This document shows, piece by piece, positions 56,193-64,000 of a stretch of 64,000 nucleotides of DNA; the stretch's first letter is position 1, and the number at the start of each line of letters is the position of its first letter. The stretch comes from Oculatellaceae cyanobacterium bins.114 (GTDB lineage: Bacteria; Cyanobacteriota; Cyanobacteriia; Elainellales; Elainellaceae), in the NCBI GenBank assembly GCA_033764315.1, contig JANRJA010000203.1:20678-84677 (forward strand), read 5' to 3'. Below the pieces are notes generated by a model. That model made no database searches. It saw nothing but the letters and a program-made list of their open reading frames with translations, and was not told the DNA's origin. Made by a program: the position numbers and the translations under genes.

Positions 56193-56242
56193 GTTCGTGA
56201 TTTATCGAGGTCACTAGTCATGAGTCACTAGTCATGAGTCAG
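56183..56242. repeat. Two adjacent exact tandem duplications (8 nt x2 across the glgA stop; 14 nt x2.4)
   Basis: gagttcgt gagttcgt ga (56183-56200) and gtcactagtcatga gtcactagtcatga gtcag (56210-56242). Confidence 0.9.
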
Positions 56243-56250
56243 TTGTGAGA

Positions 56251-56319
56251 CTGATCCCCGGCTTCTGTTGGGAACCGACTTCAAGAGGTTTGATGTCATC
56301 ACCAAAAGCCGGGGATCAG
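56251..56319. terminator. 14-bp perfect inverted repeat with 41-nt loop between convergent genes
   Basis: CTGATCCCCGGCTT (56251-56264) pairs with AAGCCGGGGATCAG (56306-56319). Confidence 0.5.
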
Positions 56320-56346
56320 ACAGAGTTTCACCTGGGTCAACGACGA

Positions 56347-56718
56347 TCAGGTTTTTACCGTTAAAATGGTTAACCGATATGTGGTTTCCCCGGCTCCACG
56401 AGGGATCACCTTGAGGTAATAGACTCCACGAGGGGCAATCCCTGTGGTGAATTCTGAGGCAGTCCCCGTTCGATTTAAGAGATTAACTCGGCGACGATTT
56501 TGATCATAGATTTCAACATCCGCATTTGAGCGCAACCCCGTCAGGGCAATTGTGCCTGTGCAGCGTCGGGCCACGGTAAACCGATAAAAATCAGCCCGAT
56601 CGTTCGTCCCTACTGAATCATCCACAATCACGCTGTTATCTCGAAACAAACCGAGATTGCGAGCATTGCCAAACGTGTTACCCGCCAGATCAGCCTGGGT
56701 CGTTTTAATTCTTGCCAT
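56347..56718 (-). CDS. Stand-alone pre-peptidase C-terminal (PPC)-like domain protein
   Basis: 123 aa: NARNLG......D.VG..DRADFYRFTV......I.L.GL.SNADVEIYD......GVYYLKV pattern. No signal peptide or catalytic domain. Confidence 0.65.
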   Translation of the reverse strand: MARIKTTQADLAGNTFGNARNLGLFRDNSVIVDDSVGTNDRADFYRFTVARRCTGTIALTGLRSNADVEIYDQNRRRVNLLNRTGTASEFTTGIAPRGVYYLKVIPRGAGETTYRLTILTVKT

Positions 56719-56926
56719 ACATGCAAAACCCTATAGACACAAGAATTGTGTCAGCTTAAGCCCTCATAGTCGGTGCTGACAACCCCGCTAATGGGGGAAG
56801 CGGGGAATGGGAAAGAATGAAGCTGAATTATGGTCAGGACTTAAGTATCATCATGAACGGTTGATCCCTGACGATTCACGACTCAACACCCAGCACTCCT
56901 GCTACTGCTGTGTTTAAAATAAAGTC

Positions 56927-57643
56927 ATGACGGATTCTAATCATTACGACACGCTGGATATTCATTCGGCGGCGAGTCAGGCGGAGATCAAACAAGCCTA
57001 TCGCCGTCTGGTCAAGCAACACCATCCCGATGTCAATCAGGATGGGGGCAATCACGATCGCATCGCCAGCATTAATGCAGCTTATGAGGTGTTGGGTGAT
57101 CCTCAACGGCGACACAGCTATGATCAGCATCTCAGCTATCAAACTCACGGTGGAATCGATATTGAGGCCATTCGGCGCGATCGCCAAGAACGCACAACCG
57201 CCGCCCAAAATCGTCATCGTCGTCGCCAAACCGGACATGACAGTGATGAGCAGTTGCAGTTATGGCTCAATCGGGTTTATCAACCTGTGAATCGGTTGCT
57301 CAACCAAATCTTGAATCCTCTACAAGACCAGATTGACGACCTGGCGGCTGATCCCTTTGATGATGAACTGCTAGAGGAGTTTTTGTTGTATTTGGAGGAG
57401 TGCCGTGATTTCCTGCAAAAAGCCCAATCCCTCTTTCGCTCTATTCCCAATCCTTCTAATGTGGCAGGGGTAGCGGCTCATCTCTATTACTGCCTCAATC
57501 AAGTCGGGGATGGCATCGACGAACTAGAGCGGTTTACCTCTAGTTACGATGAACACTATCTGCACACCGGACAGGAGCTATTTCGGATTGCCAAAGGATT
57601 GCGGCGAGAGGCACAAGCCGCACTGCGAGAGCTTCCGGTCTAA
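56927..57643 (+). CDS. J-domain (DnaJ-like) protein
   Basis: 238 aa with N-terminal J domain NHYDTLDIHSAASQAEIKQAYRRLVKQHHPDVN (HPD motif). No Zn-finger or G/F region. Confidence 0.85.
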   Translation: MTDSNHYDTLDIHSAASQAEIKQAYRRLVKQHHPDVNQDGGNHDRIASINAAYEVLGDPQRRHSYDQHLSYQTHGGIDIEAIRRDRQERTTAAQNRHRRRQTGHDSDEQLQLWLNRVYQPVNRLLNQILNPLQDQIDDLAADPFDDELLEEFLLYLEECRDFLQKAQSLFRSIPNPSNVAGVAAHLYYCLNQVGDGIDELERFTSSYDEHYLHTGQELFRIAKGLRREAQAALRELPV

Positions 57644-57787
57644 GCTTTGAACGAGGTATAGCCTTCGCGTCATGGCTCAACTACTACCTTAAGCAGCACC
57701 TCAAACTATCTCGGATGACTCTTGTTTTTTGTAGCTCTATAGAATTTTTGCAGGCAGATAGCAAAAATCTAAGCAACAATGGAAGAA

Positions 57788-57814
57788 GTGCCTGAATAGG
57801 CACACAAGTTTTTT
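57788..57814 (+). terminator. Terminator-like hairpin + T6 just upstream of der
   Basis: GTGCCT-gaat-AGGCAC acaag TTTTTT, ending ~18 nt before the der ATG. Confidence 0.4.
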
Positions 57815-57831
57815 ATCTTTTCTGTGCTGTT

Positions 57832-59193
57832 ATGCCTCTCCCCGTTGTCGCTATTATTGGTCGTCCAAATGTCGGTAAATCAACTCTTGTTAATCGCTTA
57901 GCGGGAGTGACAGAGGCGATCGTGCATGATGAACCGGGGGTGACGCGCGATCGCACCTATAAAGAAGCATTTTGGGGCGATCGCGACTTTTTGGTCGTAG
58001 ACACAGGTGGTTTGGTGTTTGATGATGACACTGAGTTTTTGCCCCTGATTCGGCAACAAGCTATGGCGGCGTTAGCTGAAGCCAGTGTTGCCATCATGGT
58101 GGTGGATGGGCAAGTTGGGCCCACCGGAGCAGATGAGACAATCGCTACTTGGTTGCGTCAGCAATCAGTGCCTGTGCTACTCGCTGTTAATAAATGTGAA
58201 TCGGTAGAGCAAGGGTTGGTGCAAGCCGCCGAATTTTGGAGTTTGGGTTTAGGAGAACCTTATGCCGTCTCTGGAATTCATGGCAACGGCACAGGCGACC
58301 TCTTAGATCAACTCGTCACTTATTTACCCTCTACAAATGCTTTAGAAGAGACTCATGAAATTCGGGTGGCTATCATTGGGCGACCCAATGTTGGCAAATC
58401 TAGCTTGCTCAATGCATTCGTAGGAGAAAATCGGGCGATCGTTAGCCCTATTTCAGGCACCACGCGAGATGCCATCGACACGGTAGTAGAGCGTCAGGGG
58501 CAACAATATCGCCTGATTGACACAGCTGGAATTCGCAAGAAAAAGCAAATTGAATATGGCACCGAGTTTTTTAGCATCAACCGCTCCTTTAAGGCGATTC
58601 GTCGGTCAGATGTCGTCTTATTTGTCATTGATGCTCTAGATGGTGTCACCGAGCAGGATCAAAAATTGGCTGGTCGCATTGCCGAAGAAGGTCGAGCTTG
58701 CGTCATTGTCGTCAACAAATGGGATGCGGTTGAAAAGGATTCTCATACGATCTATGAGTTTGACAAAGGCATACGCGATCGCCTCAATTTTATGGAGTGG
58801 GCAGAGACAATTTATATCAGTGCCCTCACCGGACAGCGGGTTGAAAAGATCATCGAGTTGGTCAACACAGCAGCAGAACAACACAAACGTCGGGTCAGCA
58901 CCTCTGTCATTAACGAAGTGTTAGAAGACGCTGCAAGATGGCATTCTCCCCCAACCACTCGCCAGGGGCGACAGGGCAAGATTTACTACGGCACTCAAGT
59001 TTCTAGCCAACCGCCTTCGATCGCTCTCTTTACCAACGAAGCCAAGTTATTTAACGACAACTACCGCCGCTATATTGAGCGACAGTTTCGCAAGAGTTTG
59101 GGTTTCACGGGCACCCCCATGCGCTTGTTGTGGCGCAGCAAAAAACTGCGGGAGGTCGAACGCAATACTGCTAATCGGGCAACGAAGGTGTAA
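57832..59193 (+). CDS. der: Ribosome-biogenesis GTPase Der/EngA
   Basis: 453 aa with two G domains ([10 protein letters not shown] and [10 protein letters not shown]) plus a C-terminal KH-like domain. Confidence 0.95.
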   Translation: MPLPVVAIIGRPNVGKSTLVNRLAGVTEAIVHDEPGVTRDRTYKEAFWGDRDFLVVDTGGLVFDDDTEFLPLIRQQAMAALAEASVAIMVVDGQVGPTGADETIATWLRQQSVPVLLAVNKCESVEQGLVQAAEFWSLGLGEPYAVSGIHGNGTGDLLDQLVTYLPSTNALEETHEIRVAIIGRPNVGKSSLLNAFVGENRAIVSPISGTTRDAIDTVVERQGQQYRLIDTAGIRKKKQIEYGTEFFSINRSFKAIRRSDVVLFVIDALDGVTEQDQKLAGRIAEEGRACVIVVNKWDAVEKDSHTIYEFDKGIRDRLNFMEWAETIYISALTGQRVEKIIELVNTAAEQHKRRVSTSVINEVLEDAARWHSPPTTRQGRQGKIYYGTQVSSQPPSIALFTNEAKLFNDNYRRYIERQFRKSLGFTGTPMRLLWRSKKLREVERNTANRATKV

Positions 59194-59196
59194 GGA

Positions 59197-59332
59197 GATA
59201 AAGGCTAAAGGATGAGGAGTAAAAGATGGAAAATAGAGCTGTGTTATTGTTTATGGGCTGTATTGATCTCTGCTTTTAGCCTTTATCTTTCATCTTCAGG
59301 TTTAGTTCCGCTTCTTAGCCTTTATCCTTCAT
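59197..59332. repeat. Palindromic repeat element in the der-ecfT spacer
   Basis: GATAAAGGCTAA (59197-59208) is the exact inverse of TTAGCCTTTATC (59276-59287). A second direct copy, TTAGCCTTTATCC, sits at ~59315-59327. The element contains the reverse complement of the 14-mer CATCCTTTAGCCTT. Confidence 0.8.
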
Positions 59333-59353
59333 TGTTCATCCTTCTTTTGACTC

Positions 59354-60349
59354 ATGGATCTGCTGCGATCGCTCCCCATTGGGCTTTACCTAGAACAACC
59401 CATCAGTTGGTTGCATCGGCTTGATCCTCGTGTCAAGTTAGCTTGGCTCTTAACGTTTTTGCTCACTCCCATCGCAGCAAGTTCTTATTGGCGATTGTCG
59501 TTAGTGGGTTGGCTGTTGTTGTTGACCCTCACCACCCTGATTCCGTTTCGAGTTTGGCGTAACCAAATGGGGTTGGTGCTGATTTTTAGTTTTCTGCTCT
59601 TTTTTGCCACGTTACTGGCTCCAGACGGGTTGAATGTCGATTATCAACCTCGGCTACCTGTTGAAGAACTGTCGTTTGCCTTCCCTGAATCAACATCCGC
59701 AACGACATCAGGAGCACCACAACGCACTTCTTCTGATGGGGCGATCGCCCCTGAACCAACAGTCAGCCCGGCGGCGACTGGAGTGGCAAGCATTCTAGAA
59801 CGGTTTGACTCCTATCAATATGTTTTATTTCAACAAGGGTTTCTCCGCATTACCCGTCGTTCAGTTGAACTAGCCATTCGGATCAGCACACTGTTGTTTA
59901 CATTGATCTACAGCACTAATCTCTATCTATTAACAACAGCCCCAGAGGAAATCACTGCTGGACTGGATATCCTGCTACAACCTTTGCGCCGCTTTAAAAT
60001 CCCAGTGACTGAAATCGTTTTAACCCTGACGTTGTCTCTGCGGTTCATTCCCTTGGTATTGGAGGAAGTCCAAAATCTAGTACGGTCTGTGCGAACCCGC
60101 GCTATCAACTGGAAAAAATTGGGGCTGAGAGGCAGCACTCAGGTTTGGCTGATGATTGCAGAACGACTTTTAGACAACCTGCTCGTCAGGGCTGAGCAAA
60201 TTGCCAGTGCCATGCAAGTGCGTGGTTTTACCACACCCAACCAACACCAGGTCAAGTGGCATGTGTTTCGATTATCGAAGGCAGATTGGCTAGCACTGCT
60301 GGGCTTATCGCTCTTTTGGGTAGCCCGGATCAGTTGGGGCGGACGATAA
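59354..60349 (+). CDS. ecfT: CbiQ/EcfT-family energy-coupling-factor transporter transmembrane protein
   Basis: 331 aa: WLHRLDPRVKL start block, a multi-TM layout with a Ser/Thr/Pro-rich insert, and a C-terminal ...MQVRGF motif. Confidence 0.75.
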   Translation: MDLLRSLPIGLYLEQPISWLHRLDPRVKLAWLLTFLLTPIAASSYWRLSLVGWLLLLTLTTLIPFRVWRNQMGLVLIFSFLLFFATLLAPDGLNVDYQPRLPVEELSFAFPESTSATTSGAPQRTSSDGAIAPEPTVSPAATGVASILERFDSYQYVLFQQGFLRITRRSVELAIRISTLLFTLIYSTNLYLLTTAPEEITAGLDILLQPLRRFKIPVTEIVLTLTLSLRFIPLVLEEVQNLVRSVRTRAINWKKLGLRGSTQVWLMIAERLLDNLLVRAEQIASAMQVRGFTTPNQHQVKWHVFRLSKADWLALLGLSLFWVARISWGGR

Positions 60350-60820
60350 GAAAATCGCTAGAAAATTAAGAGTTTTGCAGTCTGTCAATCCTCCGGAGGG
60401 ATGACCAAGAGAGACAAACTTGAGAATTTGGTAGCGTAGTGACACAATTTCTCATACAGTATTGAGATACGTGTGCAACAAAATATCTTTAAAATTTTTT
60501 GAAGAAAAATTATTGCCTATCGTTGACTGTTTTCGGTAGCACTACCCCCTTAGGGAGACGGCTTCACACCGCTCTAAGTCTGCAACTAACCCCCAGTTTT
60601 GCAACTTGGAGTCGTAAGCAACGGCATCAAAGCTATCGTCACACGTTGAGTGCCCCCTGCTCTACCAAGCGAATCTAAGCGTCTCAGGTCTCTAGCAACG
60701 ACCTCATACCGTTCCTGAATGCTGCCCACTTTAAAAACTCATCTTCAACCCTCTGCGTAGGAAAGCTCTATGTCTCCCGTTCCTTCACTGGCACAGCAGT
60801 CTTTGGCACAATCTAAATCA

Positions 60821-61090
60821 ATGAGCACGGAAACCTATCTCAACCACCCTACATTTGGTTTGTTGTATAGGGTTTGTATTGTCGAAGAGTCTCAAGAATT
60901 ATTTGCTACGCTGTATGCCCAACGGTTATTTTTTCTAGTCACCAATACCCCAGAAGGCTTTCAATTTGACCCTGTCAGCCGAACGGATGCACGGTTGTTA
61001 TTAGAAAATCGCATCCGCAATTTACGCCGTCAGGGGTTAGGCAAAGAATATGAACAGTTGCAAAAGGTGCATCGTCAAACCTTTCAGTAA
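60821..61090 (+). CDS. pipX: PII-interacting protein X
   Basis: Start moved to ATG 60821 (89 aa). YLNHPTFGLLYRVC and LFATLYAQRLFFLV match PipX almost word for word. Confidence 0.9.
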   Translation: MSTETYLNHPTFGLLYRVCIVEESQELFATLYAQRLFFLVTNTPEGFQFDPVSRTDARLLLENRIRNLRRQGLGKEYEQLQKVHRQTFQ

Positions 61091-61215
61091 TCAACAGGGG
61101 GTTGAGATTTCGGGCTAAACCTGCCTACACTAAAAGCTTGAACCTGCTTAAAACCACATGAATAATGGTGCTGGCAGGGGTCATAGCCCACAGTTACTCT
61201 CAATCGCTAAACTCA

Positions 61216-61899
61216 ATGATCGTGCCTGAGCTTAAGGAAACCATTGGCGATCGCCTCAGTCAGATTCGTCAAACTGTTCCTGATTCCATTCGCTTAATCG
61301 CTGTTAGCAAGCAAGTCTCGATTGATGCAATGCGAGTGGCCTATGAAGCAGGAGTGCGAGATTTTGCTGAGAGCCGCATTCAAGAGGCAACGGTTAAACA
61401 AGCCGCACTACAAGATTTGCCTGACATTACCTGGCATTTTATCGGACATCTGCAAAGTAACAAAGCGGCAAAGGCGATCGCCCAGTTCCAATGGATCCAC
61501 TCTGTTGACAATTTAAAGCTGGCTCAACGACTCGACCGACTAGCGGTTGAACTCCATCAATCTCCTAATCTTTGCCTGCAAGTTAAAATCGTGCCCGATG
61601 ACTCTAAGTCCGGCTGGGCTGTTTCTGAGTTGTTGGCTGATTTGCCTGCGCTCGATCAATGCCAACACCTCAAAATTGTCGGGTTGATGACTATTCCCCC
61701 TTATGGGTTAACCCCCTCAGAAACCCGCTCAATTTTTCAGCAAACCCATGATCTAGCCACCCAAATTCAGCAACAAAGCTGGTCAACTCTATCAATTCAC
61801 CAGCTTTCGATGGGGATGTCAGATGATTATCCATTAGCGATCCAAGCGGGAACAACCATGATTCGCCTAGGGCGGATCTTGTTTGGTAAACGCCAGTAA
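61216..61899 (+). CDS. pipY: YggS-family PLP homeostasis protein
   Basis: Start moved to ATG 61216. LIAVSKQ (PLP Lys) and HFIGHLQSNK. Located directly downstream of pipX. Confidence 0.9.
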   Translation: MIVPELKETIGDRLSQIRQTVPDSIRLIAVSKQVSIDAMRVAYEAGVRDFAESRIQEATVKQAALQDLPDITWHFIGHLQSNKAAKAIAQFQWIHSVDNLKLAQRLDRLAVELHQSPNLCLQVKIVPDDSKSGWAVSELLADLPALDQCQHLKIVGLMTIPPYGLTPSETRSIFQQTHDLATQIQQQSWSTLSIHQLSMGMSDDYPLAIQAGTTMIRLGRILFGKRQ

Positions 61900-62575
61900 T
61901 TGATCAGAAACCGAGAGCCAGAGCGATCGCGATCAATTGCTGTTTAAAAAATTAGTGGGTGTCAGCGATCGTTTACAAGGATTGAAAAAGAAGCAAAGAG
62001 TTTTGCCAACTGTTTAAAGATGTCAGGTTGTACCCTACAACGCCCCATTTTCTGGCTCTTCGCCCCTACTAGAAATAGAGATTTTAGGCTGGATCGATCA
62101 CGCTTCCGTTGAAAGCTCCTTAACCGATCATTGGCCGATCAGTTGTGAGTCAATCTTGGGCGATCGCCCTATCCTTCTCAACATCATGATTGCTTGATCA
62201 AAGCTACTGAAAAAATGAGTTTTATCAGGTAATGTAGAGTGAATGAATTGAGAATCTGTTTAATAAAGAGCAATACTCAATCACATTCGCAGGAAAAAGA
62301 TCGATTTCAGGGAGAATATGGTGGTCAATTTATAAAATTGATGTATACTGTTGACTCAAACTAGACGCATCTTCAGAGGGTGTTCACGAATCGACGTCTT
62401 GGGCTTAAATTAGGACTTATAAACATTATCTTTTTGTTAAGTCCCGTTTGACTGCCTAAGTCAACAGGAAAGTTTTAACAAACCTGAATTCGGTCTACCT
62501 TGAGCGTTTAAACTGCGTGGAGACTCAATTCCTAGCTAATTAGCTAATCTACCTAGTGATGATGGAGCGTGAACA

Positions 62576-63172
62576 GTGAACAATATTTTCAGCAAGTTGC
62601 GAGATTTTGTAGGGTTGAATGACCCATCAGAATATGAATATGAGTATGAAGAGATGGACGGGCAAGAATATCAAAACCTCTATCAAGAAGAGAATATTCA
62701 GCCCGCTCAAGAAGAAGAACCTCGTCGCCGCCGCATGCGCGAACGAGTCCTCTCAGCCGAACCAGGAGTTACAGCTATGAACAGTGGTATGAGCAATGTC
62801 ATCGGTATGCCTGGTGCAATTAATGGCATGTCTGAGGTGGTTGTGATGGAACCTCGCACGTTTGAAGAAATGCCTCAAGCGATTCGAGCATTGCGCGAAC
62901 GTAAGTCGGTTGTTTTAAATCTCACCATCATGGATCCCGATCAAGCACAGCGTGCAGTTGACTTTGTTGCAGGTGGCACCTACGCGATCGACGGTCATCA
63001 AGAAAGAATTGGGGAAAGCATCTTCCTGTTTACGCCTAACTGTGTTCAAGTCAGCACTCAATTAGGTGCAATGGGCGAAGTGCCGATGCAACAACAGCCT
63101 CCGGCAGCGCGTCCTTCCCGTCCAATGGCTCCTACCCCCGCGTGGACTGGTGACCAAGCTCGGATGGCTTAA
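62576..63172 (+). CDS. sepF: Cell-division protein SepF
   Basis: GTG start, 8 nt after GGAG. 198 aa. Conserved C-terminal domain [30 protein letters not shown]...IFLFTP. Confidence 0.9.
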   Translation: MNNIFSKLRDFVGLNDPSEYEYEYEEMDGQEYQNLYQEENIQPAQEEEPRRRRMRERVLSAEPGVTAMNSGMSNVIGMPGAINGMSEVVVMEPRTFEEMPQAIRALRERKSVVLNLTIMDPDQAQRAVDFVAGGTYAIDGHQERIGESIFLFTPNCVQVSTQLGAMGEVPMQQQPPAARPSRPMAPTPAWTGDQARMA

Positions 63173-63326
63173 GTAGTTAGTCCTTTTGATCACTCTAACG
63201 TTCCAATTGACGATTCATGAGTCTCGTTCCCTGTTGATTTATCGTCTTAGCAGGTTTGACTGCTTTAAGCTTTGTTTGCCGCATTGCGATAAATCAGGTT
63301 TTTTGGCTAGATAGTGTTCGGATCGT

Positions 63327-63360
63327 ATTAGTTCAGGCTGCACATTAGTTCAGGCTGCAT
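63327..63360. repeat. 17-nt tandem duplication ATTAGTTCAGGCTGCA(C/T) x2
   Basis: Read directly in the sepF-proC spacer. Confidence 0.9.
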
Positions 63361-63391
63361 TGTAATGTTTCCTTAGGAGCTGGCAATTCTG

Positions 63392-64000
63392 TTGTCAACA
63401 AAATTTGGTGTAATTGGTGGCGGGGTAATGGGGGAAGCTCTCTTATCCCGTCTCGTCGTGCAACAAATTTATGCACCTCGTGAGGTGCTGGTGAGTGACC
63501 CCCAACCCCAGCGTCGAGACTGGCTGACGCAGCAATATGGGGTGCAAGTGACGGATGATAATCAGGTTATTTTATCAACCGCAGACGTTGTGCTTTTGGC
63601 TATTAAGCCACAAGTGTTTGAGGCCGTTGTCTCTGGTTTAACCCGCTCTCGCACCGATCAATTGGTGGTCTCCATTTTGGCAGGGGTGCCGTTGAGCAAA
63701 TTAGAGGCCGCGTTTCCAGGGCAACCTGTGATTCGAGCAATGCCAAATACTCCCGCTACGGTGGGGGCTGGCATGACGGCGATCGCCCCAGGGCAACACG
63801 CTACATCAGACCACCTAAAAACGGCTGAGACCCTCTTTCAAGCGGTTGGTGAGGTGGTACAAGTTCCCGAATCTTTGATGGATGCGGTGACAGGGTTATC
63901 TGGCTCAGGACCGGGCTATGTCGCTATTTTGATTGAGGCACTGGCGGATGGAGGAGTAGCCGCAGGACTCCCTAGAGCGATCGCTCTACAACTTGCGATT
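63392..64000 (+). CDS. proC: Pyrroline-5-carboxylate reductase, 5-prime part (runs off the right edge)
   Basis: Not in the ORF track because there is no stop in the window. My translation gives KFGVIGGGVMGEALL (NADP fold), AIKPQVF, RAMPNTPATVGAGMTAI and GLSGSGPGYVAILIEALADGG. TTG at 63392 is the most plausible start after the in-frame TAG at 63374-63376 (TAGGAG upstream). Confidence 0.85.
   Translation, partial: MSTKFGVIGGGVMGEALLSRLVVQQIYAPREVLVSDPQPQRRDWLTQQYGVQVTDDNQVILSTADVVLLAIKPQVFEAVVSGLTRSRTDQLVVSILAGVPLSKLEAAFPGQPVIRAMPNTPATVGAGMTAIAPGQHATSDHLKTAETLFQAVGEVVQVPESLMDAVTGLSGSGPGYVAILIEALADGGVAAGLPRAIALQLAI

Noticed and set aside
59212-59424. 70-aa plus-strand ORF overlapping the ecfT start
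   Set aside because: It is the translation of the repeat element in the der-ecfT spacer (Leu/Ser-rich). It overlaps the well-supported ecfT start block MDLLRSLPIGLYLEQPISWLHRLDPRVKL in another frame.

Overview
This is cyanobacterial chromosomal DNA. The HIP1 octamer GCGATCGC (e.g. 369-376) recurs every few hundred bp. pipX-pipY, ccdA-ccs1, an SLH/OprB porin, a group-2 sigma factor and a WCGLC thioredoxin are all cyanobacterial hallmarks. I can support about 50 protein-coding genes and no rRNA, tRNA or CRISPR array. Most of the window is housekeeping (recJ, purN, map, cysK, hemC, glgA, der, sepF, proC). It is interspersed with signalling genes: a Ser/Thr kinase, two sensor kinases, a REC-PAS-GAF-GGDEF protein, a TetR regulator and a sigma factor. 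The stand-out region is 18.3-23.7 kb, a minus-strand cluster with two membrane-anchored TIR-domain proteins whose non-TIR parts look extracytoplasmic. One carries a Cache-like sensor that is paralogous to the sensor of the histidine kinase at 50.2-51.9 kb. The other carries a 14-blade WD40 array. The cluster is preceded by a translationally coupled exported repeat protein and a Pro-rich mini membrane protein. It matches no named TIR system I know: there is no ThsA/SIR2/SLOG, STING, cyclase or STAND ATPase partner. Other points are: a PPIase-ABC-HlyD type-I-secretion-like operon whose cNMP-binding-like and C39-like domains both look degenerate; two ~1.6-kb gene deserts (12.0-13.6 kb and 51.9-53.5 kb) full of hairpins and repeats; a 22-unit heptanucleotide array with an inverted partner; several dispersed small repeat families (a TATAGCAATCC hairpin element, a GC-rich double-hairpin element, a CATCCTTTAGCCTT 14-mer); a 59-nt pure polypyrimidine tract; and the conserved der-ecfT-pipX-pipY-sepF-proC neighbourhood. 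All functional calls come from motif recognition by eye, since no database search or folding was possible. Coordinates of small repeats may be off by 1-2 nt.
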